A stretch of DNA of 64,000 nt. It comes from Eledone cirrhosa (taxonomy: Eukaryota). The stretch lies in NCBI GenBank assembly GCA_964016885.1, contig OZ024763.1, forward strand, positions 16,244,001 to 16,308,000, given 5' to 3'. Made by a program: the position numbers and the translations under genes. The notes below the pieces were generated by a model, which worked only from the letters and a program-made list of their open reading frames with translations, made no database searches and was not told where the DNA came from. This document shows positions 52,890-64,000 of the stretch, in pieces (position 1 is the stretch's first letter; every line of letters starts with the position of its first letter).

Positions 52890-54060
52890 AAAGTCTGTCC
52901 CATGCCTGGAGGTTCATCACACTGGTATTTATCCTGGGTACTCTGTGTTAAGTGACTCAGAGTACAAGACCCCACCCTGGACATGACACTAGTCCATTGC
53001 AAGGTTAAACTCTGTCCCAAGCCCAGAGGTTCATCAGGCTAGTACGTATCCTGGTTTCATCTGTGTTCACTGACTGAGAGTTTAGTCTGTTGTAGGTTTA
53101 AAGTCTGTCTCAAGCCCGGAAGCTCAACAGGTCAGTACTTATCCTGAGTTCTCTGTGTTAAGTGACTGAGAGTACAAGACCCCTCACCCTAGATACGATG
53201 TTAGTCCATTGCAGGGTTCAAGTCTGTCCAAGACTGGAGGCCCATCGAGCCGGTGTTTATTGCAGTTTCCATGGTGTTAAGTGACTGAGAGCACAAGACT
53301 TCCCTCTGGACAGGACACTAGTCCATTGTAGGTTTAACCCTTTAGTATTCACATTACTCTATATTTACTATTATATTTTCACAGAAAAAGCTTTATCTCA
53401 CATAATATTGGAAATACGAGATTTTGATATTTATTTTGAGGATACTTTAACTTCAGTATGGGTGGCTGATAACGACCGGTTAGAACAGAAAGAGATGAGA
53501 GAATTCTGGCCAGTTTAAATGCTAAAGGGTTAAAATCTGTCCCAAGCCCAAAAGCTCATTAGACCAGTCCTTATTCTGGGTTCCTTTGTGTTAAGTTACT
53601 GAGAGTACAAAACCCTATCCTAGATAGGTCACTAGTCCATTGCAGGGTTGAATCTTGTCTCAAGCCTGGAGGCTCACCAGGCAAGTGTTTATCCTGGGTT
53701 CTCTGTGTTAAGTGACTGAGAGACCGGTACATTGCAGGGTTAAACTCTGTCCCAAATTGGAGGCTCACCAGGCAAGTGTTTATGTTGGGTTCTCTGTGTT
53801 AAGTTACTGAGAGAACGGTACATTGCAGGGTTAAACTCTGTCCCTAATTGGAAGCTCACCAGGCAAGTGCTTATCCTGGGTTCTCCGTATTAAGTGACTG
53901 AAAGTACAAGACCCCACCTTGGACTGAACACTTGTCCATTGTAAGGTTAAAGTCTGTCCCAAGCCCTGAGACTCATCAGGTCAGTGTTTATCCTGATTTC
54001 ATTTAACATTTAAGTGGCTGAGAGAACATGACCCCCCCCCCCCCCCCCCTGGATAGGATG
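52890..54060 (-). repeat. Degenerate ~70-125 bp tandem array derived from the 3' part of a SINE; the SINE head lies at 54060-54243
   Basis: Repeats of TCCTGGGTTCTCTGTGTTAAGTGACTGAGAGTACAAGACC..CTAGTCCATTGCAGGGTTAA; similar in reverse to 5940-6050. Confidence 0.7.
53334..53533 (+). mobile_element. piggyBac-like MITE family A, unexpanded 200-bp copy
   Basis: TTAA-CCCTTTAGTATT ... AAATGCTAAAGGG-TTAA. Confidence 0.92.
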
Positions 54061-54244
54061 CCAGTCCATCACACGGTTAACCTCCAGTTACTACTGGTAT
54101 TCATTTTCAGCTGAGTGTACTAGGGCAACAATAAATGAAGTGTTTGATTGATTTTTTCAATAACACAATACAACATCAACACCTAGTACAGGAATCGAAC
54201 CCACGACATTACAACCTAAGACCAATACCCTAACTATTAGGCCT

Positions 54245-54460
54245 TTAACCCATTACCATTTACATTACTCTATATATACTATGGTATTTTCGTGGTGAAG
54301 TCTTTATCTCAGATTATATCGAATCTATAAGATTTTGGTGTTATTTATTTTGAGAACAATACCTTAACATAAGTATGAGTGGCCAGTTATGACTGGTTTG
54401 AACAGAAAGAGGTGAGAGAATTCTGGCCGGATACAGCTGGTTTAAATGCTAAAGGATTAA
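54245..54460 (+). mobile_element. piggyBac-like MITE family A, unexpanded copy
   Basis: TTAACCCATTACCATTT ... AAATGCTAAAGGATTAA. Confidence 0.88.
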
Positions 54461-55119
54461 GAACTACTTGGCTATAAAAACAAATTTCCTAACCACACAG
54501 TCATGCCTGGTATGTATATATCGATCGACTTTCGTCAAATCGGACAGAGGAAACAATGTTTTCGTTGGTCTTTCCAGTTGCTAATACTATCTATCGGTCG
54601 CAACTCCAGGTAGAAGGAGCAACGTGAAATAAAATGTCTTGCTCAAGGACATAACGCATTGCTCGGTCCAGGAATCAAACTCACAACCTCAAGATTGTGA
54701 ATCCAATTCTCTAACCATTCAGCCACATCCCTGGTATGTGTCAATATATTTATGACTTTTTTTTTAGCAAAAGCTGTTGTTGATACTTCGATGAAAGGTA
54801 AGTTTGATGTCAAACCTTAAATAGAAAATAGGTAGATCTGTTAACCTTTCAGCATTCACCTAGGGTTTGAACATCTATATCCAATTATCTGGTGTTTGGA
54901 ATCCTGCAACTTAATTACAGGTAAGAAAATATATAGCTCTGTGTTAGAACAGTGATGTCTCCAAACTACCCATTTCAAAGGTTTTCTGTTGACTATATAT
55001 ACTTGAATATCTGACCAGAAATTATGGTAATGAAAGGTTTTAAATGTTTACAATCCTCTAAAGCATTCCATTATAATACTATGTAAGAACCCTTGTTAAG
55101 TTACATTCCAAATACCAGC

Positions 55120-55341
55120 TTAACCCTTTAGCATTTACATTACTCTATATTGTATTTTCATGGTAAAAGTTTTACCTTACATAATTATCTCACATAATAT
55201 TGAATCTATGAGATTTTGATATTATTTATTTTGAGAACAATACCTTAACATCAGTATGAGTGACCAGTTACAGCCAGTTTGAACAGAAAAAGGCTGGAGA
55301 TTTCTGGCCGGAAACAGCCGGTTTAAATGCTAACGGGTTAA
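55120..55341 (+). mobile_element. piggyBac-like MITE family A, unexpanded copy
   Basis: TTAACCCTTTAGCATTT ... AAATGCTAACGGGTTAA. Confidence 0.92.
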
Positions 55342-56454
55342 AGGTTTTCTGTTGCCTGTATATACTTGAATATGTGACCCGAAATTATGGTAATGAAAGG
55401 TTTAAAATGTTTACAATTATCTAAAACATTCTATTATAATACTATGTAAGAACCTTTTTTAAGTTACTTTCCAAGTACCAGCTTGATGTCTTTCTTTGGA
55501 AATCAGGTAACAAAAGATTTTAGGGCCCCAACCTTGTCACTTATTGTCAAGCTGGATGGAAACTTATTAGTTCCTGTGATTTGAGGGCCCCTCATTTTCA
55601 AGCTGGATGGAAACCTATTAAATAGGCAGACCTGTGATTTTAGGGCCCCAACCTTGTCTCTCATTGCCAAGCTGGTTTTATCTGAGTAGTATGTTACAAT
55701 ATTTCTAATGAAAGAAAGCTTGACAGACAAAGGGTCAGGAGGACCCTTTGTCTGGCAGGACAACCTCCCTAGTGTTGGTGATTTACACGATAAACACACC
55801 CAGTAAACACTGTAAAGTGGTTGGTAATAAGGACATCAAGCCATAGAGTTTCCATGGCATGAAGCAACAGGGAGTAGTAGACCCCCATCCTTGGACAGGA
55901 CACCAGCCCATCACAGAGTTAAACCCCCAGCTATTACTGGTACTCATTTTCAGCTGCGTACACTGGAGCAATGTGAAATAAAGTGTCTTGCTCAAGGAAA
56001 TAACACATCACCTGGTCCGAGAATTGAACTCACAACCTTTCGATTGCAATCCCAATGCTCTAACCACTAAGCCATGCGCCTTCATTTACCTTATGTAAAT
56101 TAAAACATCTGATCACTAAATTATTGACCACCAGATTATTAATCTATGTAAGAGGCCACTGACCTACAAGATGTGTGTTACTATACTTATTTTATGGATT
56201 AAGATATTGAGTTCAATATAGTGCAGTACTATATATACATCCATAAATGAAGCAACCATGATTCATTGGCTCGGCAATGTAAGGGTGAGAGAAAGGCAGA
56301 GCTTGGACGAGTTGAAGGAGAAGATGGTTTTAAGAGGAATCCATGGTGGTATGCAGGAGAGAAGACTGTCTTGGTATGGACTGATTAAGGTGATTGATTT
56401 AGTAAAGGTGTTAGTGACAGATATTTGAAGTTGGTCATAACATTCAAACCTCAT

Positions 56455-57365
56455 CAAAGTCCACTTTGACTTTCCAGCTGTCACATTCTGTATAAAAAAA
56501 TGGAAGGTTGGGAGTGTGTCTGTCTCCACAGGTTCACTTTGTCTTTAAATACTTTTAGGGGTCAAAGCTATTTAAACTCAGAATAATGAACTTAGTAACG
56601 AATGTATAAATTACTTATTTTACTAAATCCCTCCAAATTCTTGATTATTTTCAAAATTATTCCAAATACCACAGACAGTGTCTTTCATTAGAAATATGGT
56701 GACAAAAAGTGTTTATATTTAACTAAAAAAACCTTCCAACATAATTTTATGTAAGAACCTTTGTTAAGTTATGTTCCTAACACCAACTTAATAATAACAC
56801 GTCTCCGAGACAGAGTCTATATAATAAATATTTACCCAAAAACATTGGATGTTCCACTTGATCAAAGTAAGGACGGTTGGGAGGGTGTCAGTGTATCCAG
56901 AGGTTTACTTTGGGTTTAAATCCTTTTAGGGGTCAATAAAACCCTCTCTCTTCTTCTCCAGATGTCATGCCATGGAAGTTCTACTGGATCTAAGTAGGGA
57001 ATGTTGAGTGTGTGTTAGTATATCCCGAGGTCCACTTTGTCTTCAAATCATTTTAGGGGTCAATAAAGCCCTCTCTCTCCTTCCAGATGTCATGCCCTGG
57101 ATGTTCCACTGGATCAAAATAAGGAAGGTTGGGAGGGTGTTAGTGTTTCCTGAGGTTCACTTACTCTTTAAATCCTTTTTAGGGGTCAATGCAGCCCTCT
57201 CTCTCTCTCTCCTTCCATATGTCACATCCTGGATGTTTCTGCTAGATCAAAGGAAGAAAGGTCTGTTGTACCTCCCATTCTTTCATGGTCCCTTTCCCCT
57301 CTCAGCTTTCACGTATCCTGGATATTTAGCTGGATTAAAGTAAGGAGGGTGGAGAGAGGCTGTCT
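56455..57365 (+). repeat. Degenerate ~120-bp tandem array interrupted by a ~276-bp insert
   Basis: Repeats of AAGGTTGGGAGGGTGT..GGTTCACTTTG..TTTTAGGGGTCAAT. Confidence 0.75.
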
Positions 57366-59055
57366 GTCTATGTTGAGTTCCATTTTGTCTTTGGGACCAG
57401 TCCAAATAAATGAGATCGAGATCGTGTAGGTGTCACAACAAAAAGACACACAGTCCACGCTGTAATGTGGCCGTATAGGTAACACGGTAAAAACCTCCCA
57501 GTCCACACTGTAAATGTGGTTGGTGTTAGGAAGGGCATCCAGCCATAGAAAACCTGCCAGATAGTCCTATATGAGCGAGACACGGTCACCCAACCAACCT
57601 GGCCTCAAGTGGGACAACTTCCGTCTAAACCCATGCTAGTGTGGAAGATGGACGTTAAACGAAGATGATGATGATGATGATGATGAAAGAAAGAGAAAAG
57701 TGATGGTAGGAGAAAGAGACATATAGAGGGTGAAAAGGTAGGGAGAGAGAGAGAGGGGGTAGTGTTGAAAGTGATGGTAGGAGTAAGAGAGGGGTTTACA
57801 GAGAGAGTAAAGGTGGGAGGAGAGAGAGAAAAAGGAGAAGTAAGATGGTATAATGAGAGTGGTTCTTCAATGAAACACGAGAGATGCAGAGATGTTGAAA
57901 GGTAGAGGAGAAAAGAGAGAGACAGAGAAGTAAGGTGGTTTAATGAGAGTGGTTCTTTAACGAAGCACGAGAGACACAGAGATGTTCAGAGGTAGAAGAA
58001 GGAGAAGTAAGGTAGTTTAGTGAGAGTGGTTCTTCAACAAAACACGACGTTCAAAGAAAGATAAGTACGGCAGCATTTATAACTAAGAGCAGATAACTCT
58101 TAGTATAACCTTTTATTTATTTATTTGTTGTTGACAATTTCTACCACCTCTTGCAGGTGATTCGTGTCGTACAAGGGTCAGTTTAAGGCCATTGGGGGCT
58201 CTAATGACTGGGAAAATTAAGGTACGGCTGTATAATGTATATGGCAGGGATGGGGAATCGTATATACTGTGCTACAAAACAAAACAAAAACAAAACCCGC
58301 GATGGGACCTCTCTTTAAGCACATGTTTATTTTTCATAATGGCTAACCCAGTATTGACGTTATATTTATCACACAGTTCATAGTTCAATATTTAAAATGT
58401 GTCATGGAGATTTCACATGGATTATCAACAGGAAAAGAGAAAGTTACGACAGTTATATTTATTACACAGTTCATAGCTGAACAATTTTTATGATGGAAAC
58501 TCCGTGTCCGAGACATTTCGTGTACAGGAACCGCAGGAAAGGAATACTTTACGGCAGTCATATTATTTACACGGCTCATAGCTGAACATTTTTATTATAT
58601 ATATATCCTGTCTCGCAGACATGTTTCATGAAGGTTTCGTGTGGAGGAACTACATGCCAAGAGGTACTTTATGGCGGTCATATATTTATATATACACACG
58701 GTTCATAGCTTAATATTTGATTATATACAGTGTCACCGAAAATGGTGTCACGGAGATTTCTTGTGGAGGATCCACACGAAAGGAATAGTTTACGGTGGTC
58801 ATACTTATACAGTTCATAGTTCAAATGTTTTTTTTTTATTATATACATGATGTCTCCAAGACATGTGTCATAGCAATTTTCGTGTTCAGGAATCAGAGGA
58901 AGGGATGTACTTCATGGATGTTACGATACGGATGATAGCTCAACATTTGATTATATACACTGTCTATTAGACAGATGTCTCGAAGATATCGTGTGAAGGA
59001 ACCACAGAAAAATAGTAAGTTACGACAGTTATATTTATCTCACAGTTCATAGCTG

Positions 59056-59250
59056 GGTAATCTTTCGTTTTAGGTACGTAAAATAAAACTTTGCGAATAT
59101 GTTTAAATTTCACTAAGTTTCGGTTACCGTCAGTTTAAATATCATGGGTTAGGGTTATTATCCTTTGTGAGATATTCCTAAGAGATTTTTGAAATAAAAT
59201 TTTGTTTTACTGGATTTTTTTAATTTACGTACCTAAAACGAAAGATTACC
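59056..59250. mobile_element. Merlin-type MITE (195 bp)
   Basis: TIR GGTAATCTTTCGTTTTAGGTACGTAAA; perfect 8-bp TSD CATAGCTG on both sides; GG termini. Confidence 0.8.
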
Positions 59251-60164
59251 CATAGCTGAATATTTAAAATGTTTTTTTTGTAAATATTTATTATATACAT
59301 TCCGTCAATATGTGACAAGGGGTGACAAGACGTTTCAGAGATTTCGTGTGGAGGAACCATAGGAAAGGAGGTACTTTACGACTGTCATACTTATACAGTT
59401 CATAGTTAAACATTTGTTTTATTATATACACGATGTCTCATAGAGTTTTCGTGTGCAGGAACCACAGAAAAGGAGTACTTTACGGTATCTATATTTATCA
59501 CACGGTTCATAGCTCAACATTTGATTATATAGACTGTCTCTGAGACAGATGTCTTGAAAATATCGTGTGAAGGAACCGCAGAAAAAGAGTACTTTACGGT
59601 ATCCATAAGTTATGACATTCATAGCTGAATATTTAAAATGTTTTTTGGTAAATATTTATTATATACACTACGACTCGGAGAAAGGTATTATGGAGGTTTC
59701 ATGTGCAGGAACCACAGGAAAAGAGAAAATTACGACAGTCATACACATCGCACGGTTTATAGTTGATATTTTTTAATTATATGTGTGTGACAGCTCACAC
59801 CTATGCAGGTTTAGCTGGCCTCCTCCAAGGTATATCTCGTTGGAGGTGTCTTGGGTGATTTAATAATAGGGACTCCAGTCCTATCATCTCATTTCTACAG
59901 CTGAGTAAACTGGAGCAACGTGAAATAAAGTGTCTTGCTCAAGGAAACAACACATGACCCGGTCCAAGAATTGAACTAACAACCTTTCGATTGCAAGCCC
60001 AATGCTCTAACCACTAAGCCATGCGCCTTCACTTTTAATTATATACACTCTGGAAGAGAGAAAGTTACGGCAGTCATACACATCACACGATTTATTTTTA
60101 TACACCCCGTCCCGTGGGCAAGTGTTATGAATTTTCGTGTGCAGCAACCCTAGAAAACGATGTA

Positions 60165-60511
60165 CAGGGTGGTCCGAAAGTTGGTCCGCTACCAAAAAGT
60201 AATGAGTAACAGTTTCTGTTCCCATCGCAGTATCGTCCTCTTCGGAGGAGCTGGTTTGCCGAATCTTGCAGTGAAGCCATGCCGCACATCTTCCACGCTC
60301 TTGCCAGAATGCAGACGACCATGTGTCCATACACTTGCAAGCAGCCTCTCTTCCAAACTGTAGGAACTCGTGTCAGCCATCTGAAATAGAAAATTATATT
60401 ATCATTATTATATAGTATAATTAATGATATTATATATTATATTATTAAAACCAAAAATAAAATGTTAAAACAATATGTGACAAGGGGTGACAAGACTTTC
60501 GGACCACCCTG
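60165..60511 (-). mobile_element. Internally deleted Tc1/mariner element retaining the transposase N-terminal HTH (60189-60380)
   Basis: TA-CAGGGTGGTCCGAAAGT ... ACTTTCGGACCACCCTG-TA; peptide YSLEERLL..VRHGFTARFGKPAPPKRTILRWEQK resembles DUF4817-type HTH. Confidence 0.85.
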
Positions 60512-60699
60512 TATTTATCGATGGTCATACGCATCACACGGTTGTGGAGATTGAATAATCAGAAAACTTCTTGATTTTAGACTAAAATACAGAGGCTGAG
60601 GTTTTATTTTATCTGAAGAAAGCATACTATAATCTAGTATTCTATTTTCATATTTATGTTATTTGTATTTATCGAATTAATGAAACGTGTTTTAATGTC

Positions 60700-61188
60700 T
60701 ATGTAAATAAAAGAAAAAGAGAGGTTATATGTCTTAATCCGTATGGTGAGCAAATGGGGTCCCACTGGCTGTCCTCCCCACAACCCCGGCGGACAGAATA
60801 GAGAAGGCGTTTCCCAGGAGGATGGTAATGTAGATGCTTTGGAAGAGCCATTCCAACTTGCGAGGCTCACACCTATGGTAGTGAATAGGGAGGTAGCCCT
60901 AGGGCCAAGGACACCAGAAGTCTCCACTGCCAAGGGCACGACCGCGAACCTGTCGGAGAGCGATCGGTACTTGGAGATCTTGGCCTCCTCAGCCCGATGT
61001 GCAGCAGTACCTGGGTTAGTCGCAGACTGCACCAGGTTGCGGCTGGAGAAAGTGTCGCTGCAAGTGGCATCCCGGACGAGGGGTTTACCACCGCGGAACG
61101 GGAAGATGGTCATACCGTCTGGCTCTTTTGCCGTCCCCTCGGTCCATCCCCACCGGCTCGAGCTGTGAGGGGAAGCCTGCAGCGGCAC
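60700..61188 (-). mobile_element. 3' fragment of a CRE-like non-LTR retrotransposon (restriction-like endonuclease domain)
   Basis: PDGMTIFPFRGGKPLVRDATCSDT...AAHRAEEAKISKY...PLAVETSGVLG matches the RLE motif pattern; GC-rich island. Confidence 0.75.
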
Positions 61189-63419
61189 AGTTCAACATAT
61201 TTTAATTATATACGCTCTGTCTCGGAGACATGTCATGGAAATTTCACGTGGAGGAACTCCAGGAAAGGAGGTACTTTACGATTTTCATACTTGTCTCTCA
61301 GTTCATAGATAAATATTTAAAATGTTATTTGGTAAATATTTATTATAAACACGATGTCTCCAAGACGTGTGCAGAACCACAAGAAATGAATACGTTGCGA
61401 CTGTCATATTTATCACACGGTTGATAACTCAACATTTGCTTATATACACTGTCTCTGAGACAGGTGTCTTGAAGATATCGTGTGCAGGAACCACAGGAAA
61501 AGAGTAAGTTATGATAGATATATTTAAATCACAGTTCATAGCTGAATATTTAAAATGTTTTTTGGTAAATATGTATTATATACACTTTGTCTATATATAC
61601 ACTCTCTTTACGATTTTCATTTACACACGGTTCATAACTGAATATTCGAAATGTCTTTTGGTAAATATGTATTATATACACTTTGTCTATATATACACTC
61701 TCTTTACCATTTTCATTTATCACACGGTTCATATCTGAATATTCGAAATGTTTTTTGGTAAATATGTATTATATACACTTTGTCTATATATACACTCTGT
61801 TTACCATTTTCATTTATCACACGATTCATATCTGAATATTCGAAATGTTTTTTGGTAAATATGTATTATATACACTTTGTCTATATATACACACTGTTTA
61901 CGATTTTCATTTATCACACGGTTCATATCTGAATATTCGAAATGTTTTTTTGGTAAATATGTATTATATACACTTTGTCTATATATACACTCTCTTTACG
62001 ATTTTCATTTATCACACGGTTCATATCTGAATATTCGAAATGTTTTTTTGGTAAATATGTATTATATACACTTTGTCTATATATACACTCTCTTTACGAT
62101 TTTCATTTATCACACGGTTCATATCTGAATATTCGAAATGTTTTTTTGGTAAATATGTATTATATACACTTTGTCTCCAAGACATGTGTCATGGCGATTT
62201 TCGTGTGCAGAACCACAAGCAAGGGAGTACTTTACGACCCATATTTATCACACGGTTCATAGCTCAACATTTGATTACATAGTGTCTCCGAGACTGGTGT
62301 CACGGAGTTTTCGTGTAGAGGAACCACGGGAACGGAAGAGTTTACGGCTGTCAAACTTATACAGTTCATTGTACAACATTTTTTAAATTATATACACACC
62401 GTCTCGGAGATAAATATGGACATATGATATCGTGTGATTGACCACGGTAGTCATATTTATCACACGGTTCATAGCTCAACATTTGATTATATACACTATC
62501 TTTGAGACAGGTGTCTTGAAGATATCGTGTGCAGGAACCACAAGAAAAGAGTACGTTACGACAGTTAATATTTATTTCACAGTTCATAGCTGAATATTTA
62601 AAATGTTTTGGGGTAAATCTTTATTATATAGACTCTGTCTCGGAGACGTGTTATTATTAAGTTGGTGTTAGGATCATAACTTAACAAAGGTTCTTACATA
62701 AAATTATGTTGGAAGGTTTTTTTAGTTAAATATAAACACTTTTTGTCACCATATTTCTAATGAAAGACACTGTCTGTGGTATTTGGAATAATTTTGAAAA
62801 TAATCAAGAATTTGGAGGGATTTAGTAAAATAAGTAATTTATACATTGGTTACTAAGTTCATTATTCTGAGTTTAAAATAAAGTACCAGTAATGCACTGA
62901 GATAATTGTCGGCCTTGTGCCAAAAGTAGAAATAATTATTAAGTTGGTGTTTGGAACATCACTTAATAAAGGTTCTTACATAAAATAATTGTTTCTACTT
63001 TAGGCACAAGGCCAGCAATTACCCAGTGCATTACTGGTACTTTATTGCATACGTTCTTACATAAAATAATGATGTAAGGTTTGTAGATAAACATAAACTC
63101 TTTAACACAAATATATTATTATAAAACCAGAAGAGACTTCCGGTGGTTTATTCACAAAAGGATTAACAGAGCCCACTCTTGTTTTCTCCGTCTTATTTTT
63201 TAAATATATAATTTATTGAAATATAAATTGTGTTTATTTGTATTTATTCTATTAAAAATAAAACTTTCCGCCGATAATAAAAAATAAACAATAAGAAATT
63301 ACAGTTATCTCCCTTGCAAGGAACGCTTTACGTGTTTCACAAACAAAAAATTCGGACATAACCAGAAACAGCTTTGTATTTCATTAGTAAATTTCTATGA
63401 TTTTTCAAATAATTGCTTT

Positions 63420-63725
63420 TAATAATTGTTTCAACTTTTGGCACAAGGCCAGCATTACTGGTACTTTATTTTATCGACCCCGTAAGGATGAAAGGCAAAG
63501 TTAACCTCGGCGGGATTTGAACTCAGAATGGCAAGGGCCGTAACTCTTTGCGTCAAAGTATGGCGTCCGACCCTCTACCGATACTGCCAATCTACCGCCC
63601 CTATTGCTTTTAATAATTGCTTTTAATAATTGTTTCTACTTTAGGCACAAGGCCAGCAATTATCCAGTGCATTACTGGTACTTTATTTTATCGACCCCGT
63701 AAGGATGAAAGGCAAAGTCAACCTA
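63420..63725 (-). mobile_element. SINE family B copies (one full, one truncated)
   Basis: Reverse complement of the consensus. Confidence 0.88.
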
Positions 63726-64000
63726 TGAACAATTTCGAGAGGTTTAGTAACATAGAAAACTTTCTCGCTTTTAAGCTGGTGAGAGTATAAGGCACCCACT
63801 ACATATCCCGGACAGGGCACTAGTCCATCGCATGTTTAATTCTCCAGCTGCTGGTAGTGGTGGTGGTGGTGTTCATTTTCACCTTAGAAGACTGATGTAA
63901 TGTGAAGGGTTTTGCTTAAGAATCGAACCCACGGCATGGAATCGTTAGCCCAACACATTCCACCACAAGACCGCGGCCATGTTGAAAATTAAACCATTTC

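Larger units (their letters stand above)
58350..62650 (+). repeat. Long degenerate satellite (CACGGTTCATAGCTCAACATTTGATTATATACAC..GTCTC..GGAACCAC) with a homogenised ~97-98 bp sub-array at ~61530-62170 and several TE insertions
   Basis: Motifs recur every ~100-120 bp. Confidence 0.85.

Noticed and set aside
56571-62877. 6.3-kb TIR transposon
   Set aside because: No TSD or own transposase; the left copy interrupts an array that continues on both sides.

Overview
AT-rich, microsatellite- and transposon-dense animal genomic DNA. The SINE types, the RTE tails and the density of (TA)n/(CA)n/(GA)n suggest an octopus-like cephalopod (inference). The one clearly recognisable gene is an intronless SIN1/MAPKAP1 (mTORC2 subunit) at 31790-33586 (+). 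Almost all other listed ORFs are translations of micro- or minisatellites. The rest of the window holds two tRNA-derived SINE families; RTE, Tx1 and CRE non-LTR fragments; piggyBac-like, hAT, Merlin and Tc1/mariner MITEs; and many tandem arrays that can be traced to pieces of those elements. The most striking unexplained structure is a set of about 14 short elements from about 9 unrelated sequence families. Most sit in (TA)n tracts and share the layout inverted arm / loop / arm / unique tail, and several carry minimal hammerhead-ribozyme cores, one with compensatory stem changes between copies. They look like non-coding Penelope-like fold-back elements. Coordinates of degenerate repeats are approximate and were read by eye.
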